DNA from: Anthoceros angustus
Taxonomy: Eukaryota > Plantae > Anthocerotophyta
Assembly (NCBI GenBank): GCA_010909165.1
Contig: VJWM01000117.1
Location: 744,001-808,000, forward strand
Reading direction: 5' to 3'
Length of the DNA stretch: 64,000 bases
The number at the start of each line of letters is the position of its first letter. The first letter of the stretch is position 1. The notes below the pieces were generated by a model. That model was not told the DNA's origin and did no database searches. It saw nothing but the letters and a program-made list of their open reading frames with translations. Shown here piece after piece: positions 1 through 13,729 of the stretch. Position numbers and translations under genes: made by a program.

Positions 1-1371
1 TGAAAGACACCAAATCTACTCCAAGCTAGCGCAATTGCCTGAGAGCATGAGTGAAAAGTCAGGACAAACGACCAGCTGCGAGGACGAGCTGCTGAACGCT
101 GTTTGGACTCGGAAATGTTCACATTCGGATCCATTAGACCGACGGTCTGCCATGCTCGGCAATCATGTAAGAGGGAAACCGTGTCTGCAATACGGAACAA
201 GAGCAGAGCGGCATACAAATCCTGTCACTGCTATCACTTGAAGATACTTCAAGAGTTTAAATCCGCATCTGATCAGTTGATTCATCCACTTTGCCACACA
301 GCTTGTTTTGGTAGGGTAGCTTCTGCTTGACAGGCTAGCAGATGGTTGCTACAGTCTTTTCTAGCGGATAGGCTACCTGACGTGTGATGTTGTGAATCAC
401 CACAGCAATGTTCTCTGAGCTTGTAATGCTGTCAGCTCAATGCTTGAGACTCTTGCTTGCGGATACTCACAAACGCTCGATGCCAGACAGTGTTGAGTGG
501 CCATCTGGCGGTGGCTCCACTGGTATCTAGCTGGCCTCCATGTTGGCCTTCAATTTTCGTCTGCTTTCTTGCATCCGCCAGGTGGGCCTACAAGCGTCAC
601 CGTGACTCAAGCAAGATCGTGTAAGCACATGCTGCAAACCGTAGGCCGTAGAAGGTGATCGGCTAAGGATGTGCATCATCCCAACCGCTTCCCCTGCTGA
701 CCACCGAGTTATCGGACACAAGCACTGCCCGAGATCTATTCCGGCATTTACATCACAGCACTCAGCTATACAATTTTTTGTTTTACATGTGAAGAGATGT
801 CGAACCCATCCACCATGCTTCCACCATAGCCAGCTGCTGGCTTGGCTAGACCCAAGGCTCTCAGTACAGGAAGTAATGGCACCTTGGGAGGTAACGACAA
901 CAATCATGTTAAGGTGGCGGAAGAACGAAGAAGAGGAAGAGCCTCTTATAGCCATACGTATTCCGTACTTCAGATTGTTAAAAATCTTACAAAACATTCC
1001 AAATAAGATCGAGATATTTGGAAGAACAGAGCCAGACACTGGACAGCAGAGCAGGCAGCATCTCTCTCCGCATGGCTGCTGCTCATCGAGAGGCGCCGTG
1101 ATGACAGGGCCGTACACGCGGAGTCTGGTGCGTTACGCGTTTAGGGTTTCCGAGTCCTGACGACCGGACGCGCGTCATTTGCGCGCGCTGCCCCCGCCTT
1201 GGCCATCCACAGCTAGTGTGAGTCCTTGCCCCCGCCTTCATCGCTCGCAGCGCACCAGTGCCGTCGCATCGTCGCTTTGGTTTTCGTCCGCAGGGTGCGG
1301 GTCCGCAGAAGATCGCAACTCCGGTCAAAGAAACAAGGCCGGGACTGATTGGCGCCAGCGGCAGGGTGTAG

Positions 1372-2113
<742 letters not shown>

Positions 2114-2934
2114 TGCATCGTAGCCTACGCCTGCCTGAAATACTCTCTCGCATTAGCTAGGTGTAGTAGTTGAGTCATCTACTTGCTCCTCCCAGATTGA
2201 CGATACTCTTTAGATGAGGCCGGGCCTCCACCAGTTTTTTCTGCAAGCTGATACCTCCCCAGATTTTTTCCAGGATTTCCCATCAGTTGAATGGAAGTCT
2301 TCGGCTTTGCATTGCCTTAGTAAATCGTAGGGGCTATGCAGACGTCGACAACCTTCTATGACGGGGGGTTTGTACAGCCAACTGTGATATAGTGGCATTC
2401 ATTGGTCCGGTGCTTTTGGTGCACCACCTTTGGTTTTTTCTTTGAAGTGCAAAGTTATATTCTAAGCTTTCTCTGGTGGAAGTCGGACGCCCCTGGTCGT
2501 TCTTGAACGCGATTCACATGCCACAAAAATGAAAAGCTCGCTTCTGATGTAAAGTAGATCTCAGACATCTGGATTCTAACCTTTCTGAAATTCGCGATCT
2601 GCCGGCTGTCAGCGGCAGCTTGCATGAATTCCACTACAGACAAGGTAGAAATGTGCCAAAATGAAAAGTGTGCAAGGAGATGAAAAGTTTCCAACCAGGG
2701 AGGGACATCTGGCCCTAATAGCTAATCTTGTCCCTCCCGGAATCAAATACATGGGTGTAAATACCGGACCAGTGCTGAGCTTCTGAAATGATTTTACACA
2801 GGAGTAAAAAGTCTAAGAATTCAAAGGTTGCCGAACACTACATTTGAAGATGAATGCTGAACCCATAAGAAGGAGATTTTGAGCGCACATGAGTAGGTAG
2901 TGACAGGCCATGAATAGAGTAAGACACGATAAGT

Positions 2935-4250
2935 TCAAGGACTTGGTTTCAAGGCATATGACTCCATTACAGGAGTGGATGCTTTTGATACAGTCAAGTA
3001 ATTTGCTATGGATTCATACGCTTTGTTCAGGGCACCCACCTCGTCCGCCTGAGAAGAATGGCACAAAGCAGGACCCGGTTTAGCTGGCTGTAGGAGGATA
3101 TAGATGGAGAAGAGTGACATTGTCTGCTTACCCCGATTTCAATCTGAGCTTCAAATGTCTGCCGGACTTCTTCGTTGAGCTTCCGGATTTCTTCTCGACG
3201 TATCTCCAGCAGCGCTGTGGCTAAATCATTCTCAGCCTGCAGCTGTGGAAACACTTATTTGCTGAGCCATTGCATAGGTTAGGATGATGAGCAAGAAAGA
3301 TAAATAGATGATGACTTACTTTCAGGGCCCTTTCCTTGACGACTTTCACCTTGTTAGTCAAGTCTTCACGCCGCTCCTGCTGTGCAGCTTGGAGCTTATC
3401 GTGCCCATCTGACCTACAAGGGAGATGACCGTGATGCCTTCACACACAGGTTGCGTTTGAAATGTGGACGGGAGCTCATCAGGGAGGGTTTTGGGTTTCT
3501 TCTCACATAGTCACATCGTGCCCACCGCCAATACGCTCCACCTCTCCTTGGTACAGAAGAAATTCCGCCACCTGATGCACCCAGTTGCATAATCCGGCCA
3601 AGGCCATTTGCCTTTCAAGAAGATGCATTGTCTGGCACGACATTTGCTGGGCAGGGCAAAAATTGTTTAGCATAGTAGGAGCTGAGAAAAATACTTGACG
3701 TTCTCGGATAGTGTTCCACAGCTGTTTCTGCAGCAAGCAAAGAAAATGGGCAATGCTCAGTCTGCATTCAACAATGTGTACCATTGTTTGAAAGGGAATT
3801 TTGTGTTTCCAGGAGCGCTCACCCGACAGTTGTCGTCGATTGCCGCAACTACCTGCCCAAGCCATGAGAATGTTGGGCCAGGAACCACATCAGTTCCCTT
3901 GCTAGCCTCAGTGAGCATTCTCGCTCCGGAAAAGAAAGAAGCAAAAGCGCAAGCGCAATCGCGTTCATTACCTGGGTGTACAGGTTCCACAGACGCTTTC
4001 TCTGTGCTCTGCTGAAATGCGCGAAAATGTGGTCAAATTCCTGCTCGTGCCACACCCGTGCCGTCTGTCAGTGCCCAGTCGGAGTGGCAAGAAGGAAAAA
4101 GATTGAAAGAGGGCGAGGCTGAGACCTTACCTTGAGTGGACACGATGAAAGGTAGGTGTGTAATGCCAAGTGTAAGCTGCTCTGGAGAGCATCCAATAAG
4201 CGAGCCGCTTGCGGATGCTCTTGCTCCCAACCAGCCAAAGTCATGTCCAT
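2935..4250 (-). CDS. Multi-exon NNF1/PMF1-like (Mis12 kinetochore complex) coiled-coil protein
   Basis: GT-AG-bounded exons read LLDALQSSLHLALHTYLSSCPLK / EFDHIFAHFSRAQRKRLWNLYTQ / VVAAIDDNCR / KQLWNTIRERQ ... AENDLATALLEIRREEIRKLNEEV ... PSP*. The N-terminal part resembles plant Nnf1 from memory; no search was run. Confidence 0.5.
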
Positions 4251-4360
4251 TTCGCCAAAGCGAAGGAAAGGGGTGTTTGAGTGGTGGGAAAGATGAAGTC
4301 CAAAGCCTCAAGTTTGGCTGTAACCTAGACTAACCAAAAGGAAAGCAGGGGCCCCCGGAA

Positions 4361-5474
4361 ATGGCCAGTTCCATGGCGTTGTGCAGCTGGTGGTCCCCGT
4401 CCCCTGGCCTGTTACCCGATGCTGCTGCTGCGGCAGGCGAGTTGGCAATGCTCACACTTCCATCTTCCTCCTCCAACGTCGTCTCCAGATGCACTTCTGG
4501 ATCGTTGGCGTCGTGTTCCAGTGCAGCCAGGGTTTATCCACAGGGCAGGAGGAGGAGGAGGAGGAGGTTTGCTGTTGCCGTGTACGATCCCACGGGGACT
4601 GTAGATTTTCCCTTGGAAGATGAGGATGGTCTGTCTGTCTCGTGGTTGTTTCCGTCTCACTGGCAACCATCGTGTCCTTCACATTCTCATCAATCTGGCA
4701 TGTGCATGTGCAGTCAGCCCAGACATTCCTGCAGCGCCGCCACCATCTGAGGGTCGCATCGACATTGTAGTGACCAAGGAAGCAATTCGGAATCTGGACC
4801 TGTCGGCTGCCCATGCAGTCCTACGGGAATACGTTCACCAAATAGGCCAGCTCTCTGATCTCGCTCCCTCTCTCGCAAAAATTCACTCTCTCGCTCCAGT
4901 GACGGTGCTTTTGAGAGTGAACGTTGCTGCTTTCCTTTGCAGGTGACAACACCACTGCTCCAGCACAAGATCCCAAAGAGCTGCTTCAGAGGACGGTTGG
5001 CTTCATCCTGCAGTACGAGAGGGACAACCAGTTTGATCCAAGGGAGCTCTCAGAGATGCCAGATATAAGACTCTGGTTTGTGCGTCTGGATGCTGCGTAT
5101 CCTTGGTTACCAGTGGTGCTGGACTGGCGCGGGGGCGAGCTCGCCCGATACGCAGCCATGCTCGTTCCTCACCAGGTGAGGAGCTCGTCTGTCGTACAAC
5201 TTCGTCCCTAAGGTGCGGTTGCAATAGAGGGATGGGACTTCATCCCCGGCTGTGTGTGCAGATGAGCAAGAGGATGGGCCTGGTGTTCAACCCTGAGGCT
5301 CTGGAGCTCTTCGCCATGAACAAGCTCTTCATCGTGTACCAATGGTTGAAAGCCAGGCAGGTTGGCAAACCAGCTGCCAAAGCCAATGACATGATGCGGA
5401 TGCTCGGCTTCAGTATAGATGACCCACTGTTCAACCTTCTAGAAACATACCCGCACCCTCAGTCGACAAGCTAG
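4361..5474 (+). CDS. CRR6: Chlororespiratory reduction 6 (plastid NDH assembly factor), spliced
   Basis: Transit peptide, then DPRELSEMPDIRLWFVRLDAAYPWLPVVLDWRGGELARYAAMLVPHQ|MSKRMGLVFNPEALELF...MLGFSIDD, the CRR6 signature. Confidence 0.92.
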
Positions 5475-5998
5475 CCACCATACATGTAACGCACAGGTTA
5501 GCTCAGACCACACCGAGCTGCACATTAGCGAGAGCAGCGTCTGGCAAGCACTCTTGGTTGCATGTATGTATTCCACATCAAAATAGTGAACATTCGTGAA
5601 GCGCACACACAGACAGAAAGAATGATTATCACAGCAGCAGCTCGCCATTTCTGCTTAGCACAGAGATGTTGCACATGAGTGACTAGTGACACGCCGACAG
5701 TGCATCAGTTTGCAAGCAAGGATCAGCACACTCTGCTGGTCGGCTGGCTGGCTGGACTGCTAACAAGTTTCCAACTTCTCTAACAATACAATGTTGTTTG
5801 CTGCTGGCCGCACTCCTTCTCCAACGCCAAGTCTGGCTCGAAAGAAGAAAATATGCGCTGGATTGACAGCTCCGTCGCTCTCCATCCAACCACGAATCAG
5901 GCAGCCGCAGCATCGTCTTCTTCTTCCTGCCTCTGCATCATGCTCACTCTCCTTTCTGTCTCTCGCTCTCCCCCTCCCCCCCCACTCCGCCGCCATCG

Positions 5999-6229
5999 TC
6001 AGTAGGACCTGCCGCAATGGATCAAAGAGCCGGCTCCGAGGAAGAGGCCGAACACGGCCGCGCTTCCCAGCGTGGTCTGCCCGATGTAGCGCACCTTGAG
6101 CAGGCCCGGTACGCGGTAGCGGAAGGCCTCGTAGGTGCCATACACCGCCCCGATGGCCCCCCCTACGGCACCTCCCACCGCCACACCTGTCGTCACCCTA
6201 GCCAGGCAGCTATCCCTGGCCATCTTCAT
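5999..6229 (-). CDS. MGR2: MGR2/ROMO1 family mitochondrial inner-membrane protein, intronless
   Basis: MARDSCLARVTTGVAVGGAVGGAIGAVYGTYEAFRYRVPGLLKVRYIGQTTLGSAAVFGLFLGAGSLIHCGRSY closely matches the plant ROMO1/Mgr2 family. Confidence 0.9.
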   Translation of the reverse strand: MKMARDSCLARVTTGVAVGGAVGGAIGAVYGTYEAFRYRVPGLLKVRYIGQTTLGSAAVFGLFLGAGSLIHCGRSY

Positions 6230-6554
6230 GGCTGCGCCACCTGATCCCGTCCTCCCCGCCTCCGCGCCTCTTCAAGGCCCGCTCTGTGCCTCACCTCAAA
6301 ACTCCCTTCTAACCTCACACTTCCAGAGCCTCTGCGCTCCTCAGAATTTCTCAACAAAAGTGTCTTCTGAAGGAAGTGGAAAATCAGAGGAAGTAGTCAT
6401 TCTCTAGGGCTACCCTGCAGATCCCACTATCTAACGAGTAGGAAAGAAGGGCTCGCGCCCGCCTCAAGAAGGAGGGGGTCTCACACAGTGTGACAGTGAA
6501 AACGCGATCACACTGGTGTTCAATAATATGAAGCACTCTTCAGCCAGAAAGGAA

Positions 6555-9311
6555 CTATACTGCCGCTGATGACGATGACACGAGTTGAGAGTTGAGATGG
6601 TTCAGCAGCTCGTAGATTTGTGCGCTTCGAGGATGCCGCTTGTCTGCAGCAACGAACAAGGTGACTTCTTGCTGATGCTCGATCCAGCTCCGGCCAGGGC
6701 TCTTCCGCGCGCCTGCCTTCCGCCGCACTTCTTGGATCTCCTGCGCGCACTCCCACAAGCCGGCATGAGCGTACATGTTGGACATGAGCATGTAGACTGA
6801 AGGCTGCTTGGGATCCAGTTGCACCGCGGCGTCGAAGGCCCGGCGCGCCAGATCCAGGTTGCCGTGTTTGCGGCAAGAAGCAAGCAGGGAGGACCAGACG
6901 GCGGAATCAGGCGGCTCCGGCATCTCCGACAGAAGGGCCTCCGCCTGGGAGAAGAGGCCGGCGCGGCTGAGCAGATCTGTCATGCAAGCGTAATGCTGCA
7001 TCACAGGCGCGACGCCGTGGTCTCGTGCCATGGATTGGAACAGCTCCACTCCCCGCTGCACCAGGCCGGCATGGCTGCAAGAAGAGAGGAGCGCAAGGAA
7101 GGTAACGCCGTCCGGAGCAACGCCTGCATCAATCATGTCCTGGAAGCATCTCACGGCGGTGTCGCTCTCTCCTTGCCGAGCGTAGCCGGAGATGAGCGCA
7201 GTCCAAGCGCAGCGGTCGGGACGCGGCATGGAGTCGAACACGCGGCGAGCCTCTTCCATGCTCCCGCAGCTGCAGTACGCGTGAGTGAGCGCGGTGGCCA
7301 CAGCAAGGCTCCGGCCATGGCCGCCGGCCAGGAGGTCAGAGTGGATCTCGCTGCACAGGCTGAGAGCTCCGATCTTGCTGCAGGCTTCCAAGATGCATAC
7401 AAAAGCTCCCTCGTCCGGCTTCACACCTTCCGCTTGCATCTCGGCGTAGAGCTTCAGCGCGACCTCGGCCTCTCCCTGCCTCGTGTATCCAGCCATGATC
7501 GCGCACCAGGACACGACATCGCGCTCGCTCAGCGCGTCGAAGACGCTCCTGGCTTCGAGCATGCTCCCGCAGTTGGCGTACATGCAAACAAGGCTGCTTC
7601 CGACAAACGGCTGAGACGCGTATCCTTTCCGAGCTGCTTCGGCGTGTATGGCCCTTCCCTTCTCCAGCAGCTCTTCGCTGCTTGCTGCTCTGGATGCAAG
7701 GCTGCCGAAGGATTTGAGCACGCACACCAAGGTCCGAGCATCTGTACTCACTCCTGCCCCTTGCATTGCACCGTATAGCTCCAATGCCATCTCTCCTTGC
7801 TCCCTCTCCGCATAAGCGGACACCATGGCATTCCAGGAAACAACATCTCGCACAACCAGCTCGTCAAAGACATGCCTGGCATCCACAATGCTCCCACACT
7901 TGGCATAAGCATGAACGAGAGCGTTGGCAACAAACGGATCAGATAAGTAACCTCTTCTGACTACCAGGACATGCACATTTCTCACCATTTCCAGGATATC
8001 TGAGGGAGAATTCATACACTCAGAATCCACACACTCAGAATTCACACGTTCCAAATTCACATATTCCTCCCGAGCAGCAACAATGCTGCCACAAGCTTTG
8101 AGCACACTCACAAATGTTCGATCGTTTGGAATGACACCCTCCTGCTGCATTCTCTTATATAGTTGCAAAGCCTTTTGTCCTTGTGACAAGTCTGCATAAC
8201 CTGCTAGAAGTGCGTTCCACATTGCCACATTATTAGGCAGCTTGTGAGCTGTGTGGAAAACAAGCTCTGCATCAGCAATGCTCCCACACTTGGCATACAT
8301 GCTGACAAGACTGCTGCCAACATATATGTCGGATCCATAGCCCCGACGAACTGCTTCGGCGTGGATTGCCTTCCCTGTCTGTAGCAACTCTGCTCTATCA
8401 TGTTGCCTACTTTCTCTGCTGGCAAGGCTGGTACATGCCTTCAGCATGCTGACAAATGTTCGGTCGTTCGGAGCAAGGCCTTGCTTCCGCATAGCACCAT
8501 ACACCTGCAACGCCCTCTCCCCTTCGTCCAGCTCCACATATCCGGCGATCATGGCATTCCAGGACACCACATCACGGACAGGCATGGCATCAAACACCAG
8601 CCATGCATCCTGGGTGCTCCCGCAGTTGGCATACATGTCAACCAGAGCTGTGCTCAGAAAGAGATCGGATCCAAAGCCATGTCTCCGGAGATCAGAATGG
8701 ATCTCCTTCCCCGTCTCCAGGTCTGCTAAGCTGCTGCAAGCTTTGAGTAGGCCGAGAAAAGTGTGGACATTGGGAGGGACATGCTCCTCACACATTTGCT
8801 GGTACAGTCTGAGAGCCTCTCTGCCATGCCCGCCTTTGCTTAGTGCAGAAATGATGGCTGTCCACGCAAACGTTGTTCTGTGTGGCAGGCTGTGAAATAT
8901 ATGGAGGGCATCCGCAAGGCTCCCACACTTCACCATCGTCTGAAGCATCAGATTTCCCAGAAAAGTGTCAGACTCGAATCCAGTCTTGGCCATATGAGCC
9001 TGCACTCTCTGGGCCTCCACCAGAGCCTTCCTCTTCATGCATGCCTTCAACACATGGCCATATATTTCCACAGAGAGCATGCTTCGCTGCTGGTCCAGGA
9101 GTTCCAGGAAATCCACAGCCTTCTCAACCTGTCCCTCTTTGCACAGCCTTTCTATGTGCACAGCAGGTTTTCCTGTTCCCCGCCCGTGTGTGAAGCTGCG
9201 GCGAGGGCCATGCTTTCCAGCTCCCATCGTCGTCCATGTTTGCTGATCCCTGTTTAACACCACCTGCTCCCATGTCTGTCCAACAACTGCACATGGAAAG
9301 CTGTGCAGCAC
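6555..9311 (-). CDS. PLS-class PPR protein, E+ subclass (PG box, no DYW); first ATG at 9227, true start uncertain
   Basis: Repeating P-L-S triplets (DVVSWNAMIAGY / TFVSMLKAC / SSLVSMYAKCGS), E1/E2 motifs, then KSPGRSWIE...FVAADKRHP and a stop before any HxE/CxxC. Confidence 0.92.
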   Translation of the reverse strand: MLHSFPCAVVGQTWEQVVLNRDQQTWTTMGAGKHGPRRSFTHGRGTGKPAVHIERLCKEGQVEKAVDFLELLDQQRSMLSVEIYGHVLKACMKRKALVEAQRVQAHMAKTGFESDTFLGNLMLQTMVKCGSLADALHIFHSLPHRTTFAWTAIISALSKGGHGREALRLYQQMCEEHVPPNVHTFLGLLKACSSLADLETGKEIHSDLRRHGFGSDLFLSTALVDMYANCGSTQDAWLVFDAMPVRDVVSWNAMIAGYVELDEGERALQVYGAMRKQGLAPNDRTFVSMLKACTSLASRESRQHDRAELLQTGKAIHAEAVRRGYGSDIYVGSSLVSMYAKCGSIADAELVFHTAHKLPNNVAMWNALLAGYADLSQGQKALQLYKRMQQEGVIPNDRTFVSVLKACGSIVAAREEYVNLERVNSECVDSECMNSPSDILEMVRNVHVLVVRRGYLSDPFVANALVHAYAKCGSIVDARHVFDELVVRDVVSWNAMVSAYAEREQGEMALELYGAMQGAGVSTDARTLVCVLKSFGSLASRAASSEELLEKGRAIHAEAARKGYASQPFVGSSLVCMYANCGSMLEARSVFDALSERDVVSWCAIMAGYTRQGEAEVALKLYAEMQAEGVKPDEGAFVCILEACSKIGALSLCSEIHSDLLAGGHGRSLAVATALTHAYCSCGSMEEARRVFDSMPRPDRCAWTALISGYARQGESDTAVRCFQDMIDAGVAPDGVTFLALLSSCSHAGLVQRGVELFQSMARDHGVAPVMQHYACMTDLLSRAGLFSQAEALLSEMPEPPDSAVWSSLLASCRKHGNLDLARRAFDAAVQLDPKQPSVYMLMSNMYAHAGLWECAQEIQEVRRKAGARKSPGRSWIEHQQEVTLFVAADKRHPRSAQIYELLNHLNSQLVSSSSAAV

Positions 9312-9743
9312 TCGTTGGCATCAACGTCACTTCAGGGGAGCTAAGACATTGTCAGAAAGCAGGTCCACTTCAAGCTTCAAAGGTGGAACAAGAATGCAGT
9401 GGCATCACAAGCCTGTGCCAACAACAACAACACACAATCCTATCTTTTAGGACATGAAAAATCGAGCACACGCACCGGCAGAATTGGTGCCACCCAGCTT
9501 GTGAGTGTCCAAGAAGGCCAACTGGCCAGCACGGTCGGTGCTGCATTGGTTGCTCCAGGCCCAGGCCACATGACTTGGGTTTGCTGGCAGTGTCAGAGCA
9601 GCGGACCACCCGGGGCTGAAGTCGAGATGCCCACACACAGCCCGCATAGTGAAGCTGTAGCAGGGCAACAAAGTTCAGCTTACTCGCGACTGGGCGACGA
9701 GTGAGAGTGAATCCCCATCTCTGGAAGAAACAAGCGCGGGGCT

Positions 9744-12700
9744 ATGGCGAGTCCTTCTTCTGAGAGCAGTAGACTTCTGACTCCAACCCAAGGCAAGTGA
9801 GCTGCGTGCGTGTGCCGTGTGGGACGTTGCCTCAACTCCGACTTGGTGCATGCATCAGCTCCTTACGTAAATTCATACTTTGCTGCAGGTCCCGTCCTTG
9901 GATCTGTTGCGGTTATTGGGGCTGGATTCAGGTGCACATCCTCATGAAGCTGGTGCCAGCCTTGGGTTTGCAAGGTTTGTGTTGTGTACTGAGCATGTGC
10001 GGCTTGCCTTCCTCTTTGTAGTGGCCTCGCTGCAGCCTATCGCTTGCGAGCTAAGGGGGTTGCTGTCAAAGTTTTTGAAGCTAGTGAGGTGGTTGGAGGG
10101 AAGGTCAACAGTGTTTCCCAGGATGGGATCATCTGGGAGAAAGGCCCCAACACTATGGTGCTGATATCTTGTCGGACTCGTCTTTTTTTTTTGTCTCTGT
10201 CTGAGTGTAAGGTTTTAACTCCCCGATATGGCACCTTGCAGGCTGAGACGGATCCTCTCATTGGCAGATTGATCGATGAATTGCAGTTGCGACTGAAACA
10301 ACAGTTTGTGAGCTTCTCACCAGACATGGTTTGGGTATCGTGCATTCTGTCCACGAGCTAACCTTCTACCTGTTGTTGGTATGCAGCCTGTGTCACAACA
10401 CAAACGTTACATTGTCCGAGATGGCAAGCCTCACATGGTATTGTCCTGTCCTTTTTTTCTATCTGTTGTCGGGGACGATGGGATGTGACTCTCTTCAAGA
10501 CGACCCTGTCATGTGTTATGGCAGCTTCCTTCAAGTCCTCTTTCTCTGGTGGGCTCAAAACTCCTCTCGACCAAGGCCAAGGTTTGTTTGCTTTAAATCT
10601 TCTGTACCTTCTGGTGACATCTTTTTAGCATCTCTGTCATGTGTTGCACACTCTTATGTTTGTGTTTGTGATTTTCATTTGAGAGCAGTTGAACATTGTT
10701 CTGGAGCCTTTCTTCTGGAAGCGGCGAAAGGATGTGCAAGGCGAGCCCCAAGAGCCGGATGATGAGAGGTCGGCTGCTGCATGACTTCGCCTATATTATG
10801 GCGAACGTAGTCGTTGTTCATATGCCATAGGCTCGTGCACTGCTCTCTCAATAGGCACTCCTGAATGTGATGCAGCGTTGGACACTTTATGGCACGGCAT
10901 TTTGGTAGCGAGGTGAGAAATGTGGAAGCAGCATTGATTTCATGGACCTTCTGCACACAGTGGTTAACAAGTCTGTGGTCAGGTGGTGGAGTATCTGGTG
11001 AATCCTTTTGTTGCCGGCACCTCTGCAGCAGATCCGGACAGAATATCAGTAAGTTCAATCCTTCCTTTTCACTTGATGGATGCACTTGTCCACCACATTG
11101 TCGGAGACGCTTCAAGATTTTCAGATCATACACGAAGCTGTACTAAAAAATGTGTGCAGATGCGCCACACTTTCCCAGACATTGTGATGTTGGAGGAAAA
11201 GTAAGACCACGAGCTGTGGAACTCTGATGCACAACTCGGACATGTTTCAGGGCCTCAGTTGTCCTTGTATTGTGTGTGGCTAGGTTTGGTTCCATCATTG
11301 TGGGAGCTGTAAAATCAGCTTTGCAGAAGCGAAGAGCTGCTGGCAAGGAGACTGTGCCTGAGCAATGTTGGGATGAAAGTGTGATCATATCAAGCTCGGC
11401 CAAGAGACTTGGACGGGGCTCCTTTTCCTTTATAGGCGGTCTGCAGGTACCCACTCACTCTCAGTCGTCTTCAACAGCACATTCTCCACTCTGCCTCCTT
11501 TTCTTCCGACAACTTTCGTGTATTGTTTGTTGCAGACTTTAGCAAACGCTCTTGTTGACAAGATTGGACAAAATTCTCTTCAGCTGGATGCACCGCTTGT
11601 TTCCCTAGCTGGTGACCAGCAGGGAAACCCAGCCCGTGACAGCTGGAAGCTCTCATTCGCCAAGGACCCAAAGCAACAGGATCAACAGTTTGACGCTGTC
11701 ATCTTGACAGTGAGTCTCGCTTGAGACTATGTAAACGTTCCATTCTTCTTCCACGCTTGATCATCTGTTATGTCACCTTACACCTTTGAGGCTCTCTTTT
11801 TTGTGGCTGTGTGTGATACATCACAGACACCACTGCATAACTTCAAGGACATCCAGATCAGCGTTGGTGGCAAGCGATATCAAACAGAGTTCATTCCGGA
11901 GGTGCAGATTCTCAGTGGCAAGAAGTGAATGTCCTGTACGGTCATGTTCATGCCAACATCATGATCTTATTTCTTCTGCTTTTCTGCAGGTTTTGTATCA
12001 GCCTGTCTCCGTTCTGGTCACTGCTTTCCGGAAAGTGGATGTGACGCGTCCTCTAGACGGGTTTGGTGTGCTGGTGCCATCGAAGGAACAAGCAAACAAC
12101 TTCCAAACCCTAGGCAAGTGCATTCGACGACCAACTCCAACTTCGTCTGTAGACTTCGCCTGTTTAAGCGGTTCACAGGAGCTTCATGCTGGTTGCTGTT
12201 TTGCAGGCACACTGTTCTCATCCTCCATGTTTCCAGACCGTGCACCTTCAGATCAGGTAGTATTGACAACCTTCATCGGCGGGAGCCGCAACAGGACATT
12301 ACCAGCACGTCCAGTGTAAGTACTCACTAGGTGCCAGCCACATGAATGCAAGATATGTTACTATGCACACATGTGATGGATTAGCCGCGTCAAGGACAAA
12401 GACGAAGACGAGGACGAGGTTGTCAGGGTCAGCCGCCTCCTCCAAGATCTTAGAACAATGTAATGGCTTGCAGTGAGGAGTTGCAAGAGGTGGTGGTGAA
12501 GGATCTCTCACGGCTCTTGGGAGTTGCTGCTCAACCTGTGTCCGTAAGGTAAAAAGCTGTGACCACAAATAGGTGGAATGCGTTGTTTCAGAAGAGTTAT
12601 TCCCAGTTTTCATCTTCCAGGCACGTCTACTGGGAGAAGGCATTTCCGGAGTACAGCATTGGCTACGACTCGGTGCTGAAGGCATTGGAGAAGGTGGAGG

Positions 12701-12966
12701 CTGATCTGCCCGGAGTCCATTTTGCAGGTAATTAATTTTATAATTGGATACAGAACTTAACTCTTCTATTGATGAGAATAAACGTATAGGATACAAAACT
12801 TGGTAACCAGAGTTTCTCATTTCCTGGCGCAGGTAACATGCGGGGTGGGTTAGCGGCTGGTAAGGCTCTGGTGTCAGGCTACAAGGCGGCTGAGCGTGTA
12901 ATAGCTTACCTGGAAGGCTCAGGGGGCCGCAAAATCTACACAATGGCCTCAGCACAGCACGAGTAG
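9744..12966 (+). CDS. PPOX2: Protoporphyrinogen IX oxidase 2 (PPO2/HEMG2 type), many short introns
   Basis: Exons give [18 protein letters not shown]...GGKV...[21 protein letters not shown]...[36 protein letters not shown] and [24 protein letters not shown]...*. Confidence 0.93.
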
Positions 12967-13099
12967 AAGTATGTACATACATAGGTAGTCTAGTGTGAGC
13001 CAAAAAGAACACTTGTGAAGCAGCAACCAATTACATAACTGCCAGACCACAAATTTGTTAGTTGAGTCAGTCGGAAACTTCACGGAAAGACCCAGAAGG

Positions 13100-13532
13100 A
13101 TGTCGCGGGTGCCCGACTCCATGCAGCAAGAGGCTCCATCAACACCAGCAATGGATAAGGGCAGCATGCTGAAGACGGTAATTAAGACAACCATACCTTC
13201 AACCAACTCCTGTAAGCGCTCCGTCCTTGGCAAAGCCCTCATTAGAGTGTCGCGCGCAAACGCAGGTGAGCGCCAGGATCAAGGGAAAAGTGCAGGGAGT
13301 GTACTACAGGAAGTGGACGCTGCAAAATGCGCTGAAGCTAGGCTTGAACGGCTGGGTTCGGAATCGGAAGGACGGGTCGGTGGAAGCCGTGTTCTCGGGG
13401 CACAAAGACTCGGTGGACACCATGCTAGAGAAATGCAAGACGGGGTCTGCGGCAGCCAGGGTGAGCGCCATTGAGATGTCCACATGGACGGAGCCTGTGG
13501 CCGCCGGATTCGAGAGGCTGCCTACCCTGTGA
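13100..13532 (+). CDS. Acylphosphatase, two exons (13100-13177, 13266-13532); start ATG uncertain
   Basis: VSARIKGKVQGVYYRKWT...GLNGWVRNRKDGSVEAVFSG is the acylphosphatase signature (VQGVxxR, GWVRN); GT-AG intron 13178-13265. Confidence 0.9.
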
Positions 13533-13729
13533 GCCACGCTAACAAATCCACGACAACACAGCAGCAAGGAGACAAAGGCTGGATGGATTGCTCCAGAAGG
13601 CTTCTTCACTGCATCAAACGTCCTCGCGGAAGAAGCATAACACTTACTCCACCTAGAACGCAGTGAAAATGCAACCCTGTGATGTGATGGCAGCCAATCT
13701 AATCCTAATGCATCTATTTACCTATCAAT

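Noticed and set aside
1-1200. Several overlapping ORFs of 70-196 aa upstream of calmodulin
   Set aside because: No recognisable domain or consistent exon chain in any frame; cannot support a gene call.
6819-8895. Long antisense ORFs over PPR genes (also 16584-17309, 29640-30938, 38050-38805)
   Set aside because: These are shadows of GC-rich coding sequence on the opposite strand or in another frame; no independent features.
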